Part shown: in pieces, positions 11,991 to 23,959 of the stretch
Numbering within the stretch: the first letter of the stretch is position 1
Layout of the letters: the number at the start of each line of letters is the position of its first letter
Assembly (NCBI GenBank): GCA_016748015.1
Contig: JAAOMT010000439.1
Coordinates: forward strand, 838,719-902,718
From: Geosiphon pyriformis uo1
Taxonomy: Eukaryota > Fungi > Glomeromycota
Direction of reading: 5' to 3'
DNA length: 64,000 bases
The notes under the pieces: generated by a model
Told to the model about the DNA's origin: nothing
What the model saw: the letters and a program-made list of their open reading frames with translations, nothing else
The model's database searches: none
Position numbers and translations under genes: made by a program

Positions 11991-12345
11991 CTATGAGCAA
12001 CCTCAATTTATGCACAGTTTTTATTGATTATTTATTTTACAGAACAAAGCATAGAAAAAACAAAGTTCAGTTATTTAGAACCTCAATATCATCTTTCTCT
12101 GATTATAAAAGTAACTTTTCTTGAATAATAATGGTATTTTGTACTGGTCTACTTTACATAGCTTTTTTACATCAATAGCAATTGAGAAGTATTTGGATAG
12201 GCATGCACTAGAAAAGTGGTTATACAAACACTTTTTACAATTCTATCATAATACTATTCTCTTTAAGCTGCCATTCAATAATGTTTGGAGTTTACTAGAT
12301 GGGGCTTAACACAAAAAATTTTGCAGAGCAATTAAGTCATACAAA
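11990..12345 (+). pseudogene. Fragment of an unidentified gene family; diverged inverted copy of 13508-13870
   Basis: Encodes LYWSTLHSFF..IEKYLD..EKWLYKHF..FNNVWSLLDGA*HKKFC; aligns by eye with the reverse complement of 13508-13870. Confidence 0.6.
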
Positions 12346-12349
12346 GGGA

Positions 12350-13870
12350 AAGAGAATTACTAGCCTTATTGTTACTTCTATTTTCAATATTATCTTTATT
12401 TGTATATTAAGTAATTCTATTTTTGTTATTTTTATTAAAATAACCACTATTAGATTCTTTTTTTTTATGCTTTCCTGTGGATACCTGTTTACAGTTAAAA
12501 ATTTAGTAGGAGTCTCAGTAATTATATATTCTTAGATTTGAATAACTAAAATTTCAATAAAGATCTGTTTTTCCTCTTTTTTTTTGTCTTCAAAATTGTA
12601 AACTTCACTTTCATCCTCTTTATATTTATTTTTAATTTCAGATAAGTCGAAAGTCTCACACTATTAAATTTTAAACAGTAGTATGATAATAATTGGTGTA
12701 AATATTGCCAGTTACTTTGAATATTAAATAAAAACATAGGAAAAAAATATTAAATATCTTATGATTTGCTCTACAGAATGTCTGGTTTTATACCACTTTG
12801 AGCTTTATTCAATCTCATTATTAATCTATGCAAAAAAAGAGGAGACAGATATATAAATTTATAAGAACAGCCATGGATTGCAGATTTTCTCTTATTATGT
12901 TTGGTGCCAATATAATTGTTGTATAATAACCCTTTAAAAAAAATTTTTCTGTTGACATGAACTAATATTTCAAGAGTTTGCACACCTTTTTTGTTTACAA
13001 TTACCTTTATTTCTATTTGTAATTTGATATTACTAATAATTAGCAATGCTTTAAGTATTAAGTTCTAGCTGTTGAATTTGTATTTGATTCATATCCACTT
13101 TTTTATGTCTGAAAATCAGATTGTTTCAGTAAGCATGACTGCTCTCAATCTTGTTGGTAGCAAAATTAATAAAGCCATATAATCAACATTCTATTATTAA
13201 ACATAAGCAATGCAACCAATGATAAGTAAGTAGAAACTTAATGCTTTCAACCAAGTAATACATAATTAAAAGTTGTCATTATTGTCACTAAAATCTTAAA
13301 AATAAGTGACACAACCAATAATAAGTAAGTAAATACCTAATTGAAAGTTTCACTATTTATTACTTACAACAATGATAACCTAATTTAATGCTTCTAACCA
13401 AATAGATACATAATTAGGAGTTGTTATTATTAAGACTAAAACTCTAAACTTTTAAAAACTTATATCTTTTTTTACTTATACTCTTTTTTCTAAATTGACA
13501 CTTCTATTGTATAACTTAATTATCTCGCAAAATTTTTTCTGCCAAGTCCCATCTAGTGAACTTCAAACATTGTTAAATAGCAGTTTGACAAGAATAATGT
13601 CATAATAAATTGTTTATATGACCACTTTCTATTAGGTAGCTATCCAAATACTCTGCAATTACTATTAATATAAAAGAACTGTGTAAATTTGACCAGTACA
13701 GAATACAATTATTATTCAAGAAAAGTTATCTTCATAACCAGGAAAACATGAAATTAATGTCCAAAATAACCAAACTTGTTCTTATTGTGCTTGGTCTTAT
13801 AAAATAAATGGTTAATAATAAAAAATGCTGAACAGATCAAGGACTGCAAATGAATTGGGCTTGCTCTTGG
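12350..13870 (-). pseudogene. Degraded, possibly intron-containing gene of unknown family
   Basis: Minus strand reads LYWSNLHSSF..AEYLD..FNNV*SSLDGTWQKKFC, followed by coding-like pieces (ORF 12771-13046 and an acidic/lysine-rich tract ~12400-12630). Confidence 0.45.
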
Positions 13871-15483
13871 CACTAAGACAAATTGCCTTTGGTCTTTGCT
13901 AACTTAGGAAGAAGTCTACTGGAAAAGTTCTTTATAACTAGCCCAACAAGTTGCCAGATCATTTTAGTGATTGAATTGGTGAATTGTCCAACTTTTTTCC
14001 TATTCTCTAGCCACTTTAAAATATTAAAAGCAAAAATAGATTGAAGTTTTTAGAGGTGGCACCATAAAAGCAGATTGTTTTGTAGGAAGAAAAAAAATTC
14101 ATATAATATTACCAATCGCCAAACCACAAAATATAGTTTTTTAAAAACAATATTTAGAATAATAACCTTATAAAATAACAATATTAGTTTAGTTATAGTA
14201 AATAAATATAATAAACATAGTTAAATAAAAATTAAACAAAATAAGTAATAAGTAAAATTATTAAATAATATCAAGTTAATTATTTAGTTTTATTTTATTA
14301 TATAATTTAAAAATTTAGCTTTTTTTATAATTAAATTTTTTATAATTCTGTTTATTATAAAAATATCTATTTTTATTTTTATTATACAAATTTTTTTTAT
14401 AATTATGTTAATATTAAAACTGTTTTAATTACTATAATTATATTTTTTTTGGTAATTATTTTATATTATATATTATATTATATTTTAAATTAGTTTTAAA
14501 TTAATTATATTTTTATATTATTTTATGATAGTTTTATCTCTTCTGTAATTTAAAGTTTTTTGTTAAAGCTTTTCTAATGATATTGTTTGACTTTTAAAGA
14601 TTACTAAATTTTTTGGTATTTATTTTGGATTAAATAAGCTATATTTATTTTTTACAGATATTGATAATTTTATTAATGTTATAATAAGTATATAGTGTTG
14701 TTTTATCTGATTTAAATAGATAATTATATGTAAAATATACATGATTTATGCTTAATTTAAATTAATTAGTTTAATATATTATACTAAATTGTGTTTAAGT
14801 CTTACTTATTAAAAATAAAAAATAAAAAAAAATCTTTTTATATTTTAAATCTTGGTTTAATTTAATTTTTTTAATTATTATTTAATATAAATTAGTTAGT
14901 TATATATTAATTATATATAATTAATTATTTAAATTAATTAAAATTATATTATATATTTATTTTTATTATAATATTATTATTAAAAACAAAAATTTATAAT
15001 ATAAAATTTTACAATATTAAATATATTCTGTAATCAATTGATTAATTATTTACTTAATAAAAAAAGTAAAAAAAAATTTGTTTAAAAAAAATTATAATTA
15101 ACACTTGTAAAATAATCAAATATTTTAATAAAAAACTAATTATTAAAAAATAAAGTATTTATTTTTAATATAAAATAATTTATTGTGATTTTTTATAATT
15201 AATAATAATATAAAATTAATAATTTTTAATATATTTTACATTATTTATGTATATTTTAATATATTTTTAAACATATTTAAAAACAATCAAATTTTTTAAT
15301 TTAATTTTAAAAAACAATAAAAAAATAATTAATATTAAATTATTTATTATTTTTTTATTATTATTGCTTAATGAGTGAGGTCCAAACACAACCTAGCACT
15401 ATACATCAAGGAATTGATCTAAACTAGGCATGAATCATACACTTTCTACACGTGACCAGCCACTCGGGCTGATCAGAACAATA

Positions 15484-18400
15484 CTACGCAGCTATATGAA
15501 CTGACACTGATTCACCTATACTTGAAAAAAACAAGCAAGCCTTGCGAAAACCAAAATGAACACCTAAAGCACTAGTAATGCCAAGTAACCTAACCACCCC
15601 TGCAGAGAACCTCGAAGCCAAACCATGAACCAAGATGATGGCTGAACCATCTAGCAGGATCAGTCCATTCTTCTCCATATATGCACGATGCTTAGCATGA
15701 ATCAACCAGACATCCTTCCTGAAAGCAAGACCAAGAGAGCACACAAACTTGACAATCTCCAAAACAGCAATCTTGGGGTCATGAAAGACAGAAACAGCCT
15801 CACTAAACCATCTATTGAAAACAAAGCCCTTAAAAAGAGCCATAGACACAGAGGAATCAGAAATACTGGATGACAACAGCTGCAATATATCTGAGGAGAA
15901 GTGAGATGAGCCAGAAAGTGCCTTCCAGGACCTTACATGAGAATTCAGCAACTGGCGCCGAACAGACTCATCAACCTTGTAAGAGAACACATGATCTGAC
16001 ACCTCCACCTCACCACAATACAAGCACAACACACTAGGATAACGTTTATCATAGAGGCGCTTCCGAACAGCAACTGGCAGCTGATGGTGCAAAGACTTCA
16101 TAAAATAAGTACGCACACTGAACGAATACCTGCTGGTGAATCCTGCAGCCATGTGCAAATCAGGATGCCACACCAATGACAAACGGAACCAATCAACCTC
16201 AGAAGACAAGCTGCCAACCAAAACCCCAGAACTGGAACCAACCTCCCATCGCGCACGACAAATAGAACGATAAATATCACGAACAAAATGCCTCAAATTT
16301 CCAGAAACAACATCACCATCAGCTGCCAGGAAGTGCTCACTCAAGCAAAGGGGAAGATACCAATTGAAGAGAAAAGTGGCACCAGCGATTGCATTGGCAC
16401 ACTCGTTTCCCAAAACACCAGAATGACCCTTCACCTTGCGAAAGCTAACCCTTAACTTCTTACTGCAAATTACATTGACAATATGACAACGTTTGACCCA
16501 ACACTGATTACGAAAATTGGGACACACCAGATCTAACTCCGACCTGCAAGCATCCAACACCGATTGACTATCTGAGAACATACAAACAGAGCTTGACGGG
16601 GAAACACACTCCAGAGCTAAAGCAACAGCCTGCAATTCCACCAAAGTAGACGACATCAAACCCAATACCCTTACTCCCAAACCCAAACCAATGTCCTCAA
16701 AAAAAACAGCAGCACCAGCTCTACAGCCAACTGTGCCAAGACCACTAAGAGATCCATCCGTATACACTGATAGGCTGCTAGCACCGGTCACCAAGAGACG
16801 ATCATGAATAGACACAAATCCACCGGACTCAAGAATGTTCGAAGGACTACCATCCCCCAAAACTAGAGACTGATCACGAGAAGATTTTACACTATTGAGA
16901 AACAAAACAGAATACTTGAACCACTCAGGAACTGGGCCACGGGGGTCCAATCTCTTCCACCACTTGAAAGTGTACCAATTATAGACAGCACCATGACGGT
17001 CACGAAATTGATTCACAAAGACAATACCATACCACCAAAGAGAAGGGAGAAACTTGAGAAACCTTGACTCACCCAAAACCTCAGACATAGGCACTCCACC
17101 ATGAGACTGAAAGGAACTAACCAAAAAGCCACCCAGAAACACATTGCAATCGACAAAAACACAAACCATGCCTGCCAGAAAGTTATTAGAAGCACTGACA
17201 CAAATACGAACAGAAGAACACAACGGATGAACAAGGTGCCAACACAAAACTTGCAAGTCATGAGACTTGTGGAAAAACAAACGACCCAAGATACCACCAG
17301 AGTTCGCAAAACCGACAAGAGAAGCAATCTTGCTTTCAGATTGAACTTGAGAAAATGACTTCAAACCATAAAACGAAGGGTGGTAAACCACATCATTGGA
17401 GAAATCGAGTGGCAAACCAGACTTGAGCTTCAAACCTTTACAAATCAGAGCATCCTACTTTCCGCACATGCCAATGGGAATAAAACTGAACTGAGTTCTA
17501 TAGCTGACTATCGGATGCAGAACTGCCGACACCAAATACAAAAACTGCTTATCTGAGACCGCCTTCCTCAACACCAGATTGGTGAAAAAGTGAACGTCTG
17601 AATGCGCCTTAGCCAAGCTAGGCTTTGAAAGACCCTCAGTTGATAGAAAAATGCCTAGATATTGGTGAGATTCTCCCTTTTTGGCAATAGAAATGGGCAA
17701 ACCGCTGATAAACAGGGAGGGACTGCTGACTCTGCTATTGATAGGAATGGCTACTGTTTTGTCGTTGTTAATAGAAATGTCATTGATAAAAAAAAATTCA
17801 CTAGCAACATCGAGAATATGTTGAGTAGCCGTCTGACTGCTATTAACCCAAATCGTATCATCAACAAAAGCACCAGCAGCAAAAAAAGAAGAAAACCCAG
17901 CCTGGGATTCGGAACAACCATTCTTGGAAACAAAGTGAGAGTTCAACCTATACCCACATACACTCTCCTGTCTCTTGACTTCGCACAAAAGAGGATCATA
18001 AAATATGCACCAGAGAAGAAAAGAGAAGACCTCTCCCTGGTCCAAACCATTGTGCACACGGTAACTGCTTGTCAGTCCAAAATCAGTCATGACTCGGTTG
18101 GTATGATCCCTATGAATACCACCAAAAAACCGAATAAATTTGCTACACATCTTAATTCTGACCAAACTTTTCTCGAAATGCTCCCAGCCAACCGAGTCAT
18201 ATGTTTTCCACATGTCCTGCAGAACCAGCCATATCTCCCTGTTTTTTTCCAAAGCATCTTCGACCACCGAACCAGTTGCAAAAATAGGGGACTGGGTTGT
18301 CGTACTCTTCAAAACTGAGAAATTAGCCCCTCGAAGCATGTCAAAAGTACTGCACGCCAAAGAAATCCTGTCCAAGAGTATCTTGGAAAGAACCTTGCGA

Positions 18401-20172
18401 GCCGTTTTGATCAAGGCAATAGGACGTGTGTTCGTTAAAACACCTTCCCACTCATAAGGTTTCGGAATCATTGAGACCCATGCTTCTTTCCAAGGGCTGG
18501 GCACTGATTCACTAAACAAACAAGAGTTCAAGAACACCAACAACATATTCAAAACTGACCTATCACAATGTTTCCAAAGCTTATTTGAAATACCCAACAA
18601 ACCAGCCGCTTTACCCTCTGGAAGATCAGAAATCACCCCAAGGAACTCATCATACCCAATCGAACACATGACCCCAGAAAAAGCTTCGTCAAAAACATAC
18701 TCCAGTGGCTGATATTGGAGGCGCCAATCCTCTGAGACATAATCGACCACCCGACGCTTCCTAGTCCAACCTTCCATGATCGTATCAACCTTGGACTTGA
18801 CCTGCTCAGGTTCCAAAATCAATTCGTCATCAACCACCAAATGATCCAGCACAATCTTATGAAATGGGTGCTCCAACACACTTTTTATTGTATGACCTTT
18901 ATTTACCTCAAAGCTTTCCATCCTCTTGTCTATCGCAGATCTGATGCATGCTTCTTTAGCACTCTGAGATTCAATGAGCTTGGACTTTCAATAAGATTTC
19001 CTGGCACCAAAAAGAGCAGAACAAACACGACCAGATTCCACACCAGAGTCCACCAGATCCTGAACGACCGAAGCCTTGACACTGTCCAGAGTAGCCCAAC
19101 ACCTCATGAGAGAAGCAAAATCCACAGCACACTCCACACAAAATGCCTTAATAATTTTTGAAACCAAAAGCTCCAACTTGTGGAACTTTGATGACTCTTT
19201 GGTAAAGACATCATCAAATTCCTTGAACCACTTTTTCTTGAACACTTCATTAGCCGAAAGAATCATCATTCTGCGAACAACATCCCACATTGTGTCCAAA
19301 TTCAAAAACCTCACAGAAACAGCAAACTCATCTGAGAACATTGTTGCATTAGCCAATGTGGCACACTTAAAATCGATCCATTTACTCTCATCAGCACCCT
19401 TGAAATCAAACTTCCATCTGTCTCTGTTTGCTTGCTTGCGAAAAGAGCTCAATTGCGTATCCAGAAGCCCACCCAGACCCAAAGACACTGAAACAGCTTG
19501 ATGATCTGTGTCAAAGTGCTCACTGACACCTAAAACATTACGATGTACCATCGCATTGACCAGATTTGGAGAGACAAACACATAATCAATTGTTCTTTTG
19601 ACACCCCTAGAATTCTCCCAAGTGGGCATTTTCATAGCTGGGCTCCCGACCAAAGAGTTAATCAATCCCAAATCAAGGCACTTCTTGAAACTCACACACT
19701 TATGAGAGCCATCTTCATTAAAATCGCCACCAAGGATAACAAAAGAGGACTTGTTAACAGCCTTTGTGATGATAGAGTTGATTTTGCCTGCCTGAGAAAA
19801 CTGGACCGCTGAAGAAGCACCAGTGTACAGTCCCAAAATTGACACAGAGAGCCTGTTCTTGAAAAATAACTTGATAGACAACAACCGACCCGGAACCTCA
19901 GACACCTTGCACACATGTCTCACCAAAGAAGTGTTCATAACCACTACCACATCAGCACCCAGATACCCAGAATCCAAACCAGTAGTAAACACCCAAATCC
20001 CATCAAACTTGTTAATGATCCAGGGCCGAACCTTACCTTATAACTTAGTTTCAGTAAAAATCGAAATTGAATTGTCCATTTCCTTATGCCAACGAATGAC
20101 ATCACTCTGCTTCACAGGGTTGTTCATTCCTCTGACATTGCATGTAGTGACTTTCCATACTAATTCACTCAT
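15484..20172 (-). pseudogene. LINE ORF2 (1563 codons, one frame, three premature stops)
   Basis: APE: TCNVRG, ETK, GGDFN, IDYVFVS, TDH. RT: RPIAL, QDMWKTYDSV, GLDQG, AFVDD, YLGI. RNase H: VYTDGS, ELQAV, FSDSQ, KVKGHSGVLGNE. Zn finger: CLYC..DHVF. Stops at 20038-40, 18988-90 and 17455-57. Confidence 0.93.
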
Positions 20173-21923
20173 TGGAAGGGGGATTGGAAGTTCGCACCAC
20201 CAGCCAAAGCCAGACTATCAAAACGAGCGGACAAGATCAACACAGATTTGGAGAGGCCCTCCAACATATTTTCCAACTTGACAACATGGGGGGACGTGGA
20301 TGAGTCCACAATCGTAGCAGACTCATGACCATCAGCCATACTTAAGTCCATATCCAATGTTACATTACTTTCCGAATTCTGTGGCGTGGCGACCACTGGC
20401 AGCCAGCATCTGTGACCAGGCTGGAGAACCACCAGCACAAGCAAATCTAACCTCTTGGCCAACCCATCAATTTGTTTTGCGAGACTAACAAGACCATTTT
20501 TAATACTGACCAGTCTTTTTTCCAGATCTTTTGCAACAAGAGGGGTAGGTTTACCATTGATGATGGAACCAGAACTTGCCTTATCACCAGAGAAAGAGGG
20601 AGCAGAGGGAGCGCTAACCACCAATGCCCAAGTTTTACCATCAAAAGCCAAAGGACGAGAGATAGGCACAGATCTTCTTGCATAAATTTTCGCCAATCTG
20701 GATTGGTCCTGAACCGAAAGGGGAGCCTTTCTGCCTCCTGCAATTCCAGCACCCTTGACTGTTCTGCAACCAAGAGAAGTATGACCAAATTTCTCACAAA
20801 CTGCACATGAAGCTAAAGAAAAATGGAACCAATGAAAACCAAAGCTCTTTATAACTGGAGTCATTGCCATTGCATTAACTAATTCCACTTCCGAGCTAAA
20901 ACACACAGTGGCACAGCGGGCGCGAGAATAACTGACGGGATTGCGATCAATAAAGCAGGTTTTTCCACCAATAGAACCAATAAAATCCCACAAATCATGA
21001 GCAGTGGTTCCCATGGGAAGAGTATATAGCAAAGCCCTAAACTTATCCCTGGCATCCCACGATTGTTTGTTGATATCAGCCCTGGCCACCCGAATCGCAT
21101 CCCTTCCAATAAGGATAGACCACTTAGAGGCCAGAAAATTAGCCTGGTCTTGATCTTTCAATTCGATGATCGCCTTTTGCCATAAACCCACCAGCTGCAT
21201 TTTAATCGACTTAATGATGCCAAATTCAGCTACAGCCGCACGCACAGTCTCCAAAGAAGTTCCCACAGGAATTTCTTTCAGCACAATTGCCTGATTTGTA
21301 CAATTGTTGACAGGGTGCTTGAGATCGGTGTTTACCACAACACCACGATCATTAGCCAGATTAGCTGTAGTCATCATCACCTCTTCAGAAGTGAAAGTAG
21401 CCTGAATGATTCCACCAAATTTTGAGGGGGTAGAGGCCCCCCCAAAACCATTTACACCTGAAAAAATTTTTCTGACAAAATTGACTTTTTCCTGAAAGGA
21501 TTTACCCACCACCGCCACCAGATCAATATTCAAAGCGAAGGACTTGCGAACAGGCACCTGAACGGACAGCTTGACTGGAAAAGGAGGCGGTAGAAGAAGA
21601 GACTCATCCAACACATCACCATCCACATCGACAGTACCATAATCAATCACACCCAAAGGCTTCCCTAACACCTTCTTGGTCTTTACACGCAAACTTTTAG
21701 GCGTTTGATCAGGATCCTCTCCTGTGAAAGCACTATTCTTACCATAGTCAACACTGGTTTCTTCAACCAAGCACTCCTCCTCCATGTCAATACTCTCAGA
21801 TTCAGTAGTATCACCCACCTCAGAACCCCATGAACGATTACCAAGAGCTTTATCAGCAACCTTACTATTATCAACACTCTCTGCTAATACACCACCCTTT
21901 CTCTTCTTCCTTGATACAACCAT
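20169..21923 (-). CDS. LINE ORF1 (nucleic-acid-binding gag-like protein, RRM-like region, CCHC knuckle, coiled coil)
   Basis: Intact 584-aa ORF; CAVCEKFGHTSLGC = CX2CX4HX4C; heptad-like LEKRLVSIKNGLVSLAKQIDGLAKRL. Confidence 0.88.
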   Translation of the reverse strand: MVVSRKKRKGGVLAESVDNSKVADKALGNRSWGSEVGDTTESESIDMEEECLVEETSVDYGKNSAFTGEDPDQTPKSLRVKTKKVLGKPLGVIDYGTVDVDGDVLDESLLLPPPFPVKLSVQVPVRKSFALNIDLVAVVGKSFQEKVNFVRKIFSGVNGFGGASTPSKFGGIIQATFTSEEVMMTTANLANDRGVVVNTDLKHPVNNCTNQAIVLKEIPVGTSLETVRAAVAEFGIIKSIKMQLVGLWQKAIIELKDQDQANFLASKWSILIGRDAIRVARADINKQSWDARDKFRALLYTLPMGTTAHDLWDFIGSIGGKTCFIDRNPVSYSRARCATVCFSSEVELVNAMAMTPVIKSFGFHWFHFSLASCAVCEKFGHTSLGCRTVKGAGIAGGRKAPLSVQDQSRLAKIYARRSVPISRPLAFDGKTWALVVSAPSAPSFSGDKASSGSIINGKPTPLVAKDLEKRLVSIKNGLVSLAKQIDGLAKRLDLLVLVVLQPGHRCWLPVVATPQNSESNVTLDMDLSMADGHESATIVDSSTSPHVVKLENMLEGLSKSVLILSARFDSLALAGGANFQSPFQ

Positions 21924-22194
21924 CTTAAAACCACTCTCAGAACCAGAAACTTTGGTAGCCTTCTTTATAACAGCAATAACAGAGCCAACAGTGGTCTCAT
22001 AATCGAAAAACGGTTTTGATTTATTGTACTGAATGGTAAAAAACTTCTTTCAAAAAAACTTTTGACTCTTTTTTGGGAATTTTGGACAAAGGAGAGAAAG
22101 AAGTTTTTTTCACCAGCTTATATATTATTATTTTATAATATTATTTATTATTTTATTAAATTATTAAATATTATTATTTAATTAATAATATAAT

Positions 22195-23950
22195 AAAAAA
22201 AAACATTTTTCTTTTATATATTTAAAAGTTTTTGTTTTTATATACTAAAAAAACAATTTTTTTATGATAAGTTTAGCAGCTACTTTTAATGGCAATATAA
22301 TAATAATAATAAAAATAACCAAAAAAACTTTTTATGATTTTATTAGTGGTTTTTTTTTTAAAAAACAATATGTATTTGTTAATAATATTAAATACTTAGA
22401 TAATAAAAAAAACATATTGTTAGACAAGTTTATTACTAATACTAAAATGCTTTTTAATATAAAAGCAGAATTAAGCAAAAAATATGGCAGATATTTTTAA
22501 TTAACAATAACTACAAAACTAATAAAAAAGATAAATATTTTAAAAGTTAAAAATTTAATAGTAGTATAATAAATAATTTTTTTTTTGGCTTTTTAAACTC
22601 TAAAATAAAAAAAAATACTGTGTTTTTTTTTAAAAAATTAATATAAATATGCTTATTAAAAAATTTTATATATTTGGATATTAATCTTTTAGTGATTAAA
22701 AAAGATTTTTTTATAAAAAGTTAAAAGTTATCAAAAATTATTTTTAATGTAAATAGTTTTAGAAAAATTTTTACTCTTTTAAAATTTAATAATATTGTTT
22801 ATGTAAATTTTAAATTTAAAAAAACTATGCTAAAGATATCATATTCAATTAAAATAAATAATATTAATATAAACAATAATCTTAAATATCTAATAAACAA
22901 TTATATAAATCAGACTATAATAATTAAAAAGATTTTAGTAAAAACTTTTAAGATAATTATACATGCTGTATTAACTAAATTTGAAAAAATTAGATTAATT
23001 AAAATACAATTAATATAATAAAAAATATTAATTAAATTTGGTAATTATAAGTAAACTAATTTTTAACTTTTAAATAATCTATAAAAAAAATACTGTTAAA
23101 ATAGATAAAATTAATATTAATAAAATTTTAAAAATATATATAAAGATTTATTTTATATTTTATTAATAAAAACAATAATTTATAATCTATAAAACTTTGT
23201 AAAGTTAAAAAAACATATATAATTATTTAATATCTAATTATATATATAAAGATTAAATATAATATTATATATTTTAATTTGAAAAAAAATATGATATTAA
23301 TTTTGTTTATATTTTTAATCTTAAGAAATCTATTTTAAATAAACTAAATTAGATTTGTTTTTTTGCTTTATATGTAAATATTTTGATTATATTTTTTCTA
23401 TATATTTAATCTATAATCTATTAATTTTTATGATTAAATCTAGGCTTTATTTTTAAATACAAATAAATACATATTTACATCTATTTATATTAAAAAACAG
23501 TTTTAATTGTTTGTTTAATTTTTTTTAATAAATTTTTATAGGCTTAAATAATTGGCTATAGTGTTTTTGATTTTTTTTCTGGTTTTTTATCTTATAATAT
23601 AATTATTTTTGGTATAACTGCTGTTTTAATTTAATAATAAAATAATTTTATTAATATTTTGCTAATATAAACAATTATTTTTTCAATACTATTATTATAT
23701 AGTTAAAATAAAATAGCATCAAATGCTGTATAAAAAGTATTAGTAACTAGTTAAAATATTTTATTAAAATTAAGATAAATTAAGATTGGAATTATTATTA
23801 ATTTTTTCTTAAATATATTAAAATTTTTTGTTTTTTTGCTGTCTATTAGTATTTTATATTTATATTGATTAAATAGTTAAAAAATTTTAATGAATTTTTG
23901 ATAATAAAATACTAATTTTGTGAATTTTTTTAATTTAATTGGGTTTAAAA
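22195..23950 (+). mobile_element. Heavily mutated LINE 5' end/ORF1 relic
   Basis: ~22660-22790 corresponds to KSFALNIDL...FSGVNGFGGASTPSKF of ORF1; ORF 22827-23018 resembles VVVNTDLKHPVNNCTNQAIVLKEI. Confidence 0.7.
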
Positions 23951-23959
23951 AACTTTAGA

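Larger units (their letters stand above)
15360..22120 (-). mobile_element. Near full-length non-LTR retrotransposon (LINE, ~6.8 kb): 5'UTR, ORF1, ORF2 (APE-RT-RNaseH-Zn finger), structured 3'UTR, (AAT)n/A tail
   Basis: Sharp GC-richer island in extremely AT-rich flanks; domain motifs given in the two features below; 3'UTR shared with the copies at ~26060 and ~29730. Confidence 0.95.

Noticed and set aside
14100-15350. Organelle insertion, centromere core or minus-strand LTR in the extreme AT tract
   Set aside because: No recognisable genes or reliable termini; most simply a terminally eroded TE relic
15440-15480. Hammerhead ribozyme (CUGAUCA...GAAA on the minus strand)
   Set aside because: The core needs CUGANGA and GAAA directly after stem II; neither holds. 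Better explained as the LINE 3' hairpin.
15688-22002. Plus-strand and alternate-frame ORFs within the LINE
   Set aside because: Short shadow ORFs expected in the GC-richer segment; no motifs and no evidence of conservation
15330-22160. Target-site duplication for the intact LINE (ttatttattatttt on both sides)
   Set aside because: Both flanks are low-complexity A/T, so the match is not significant
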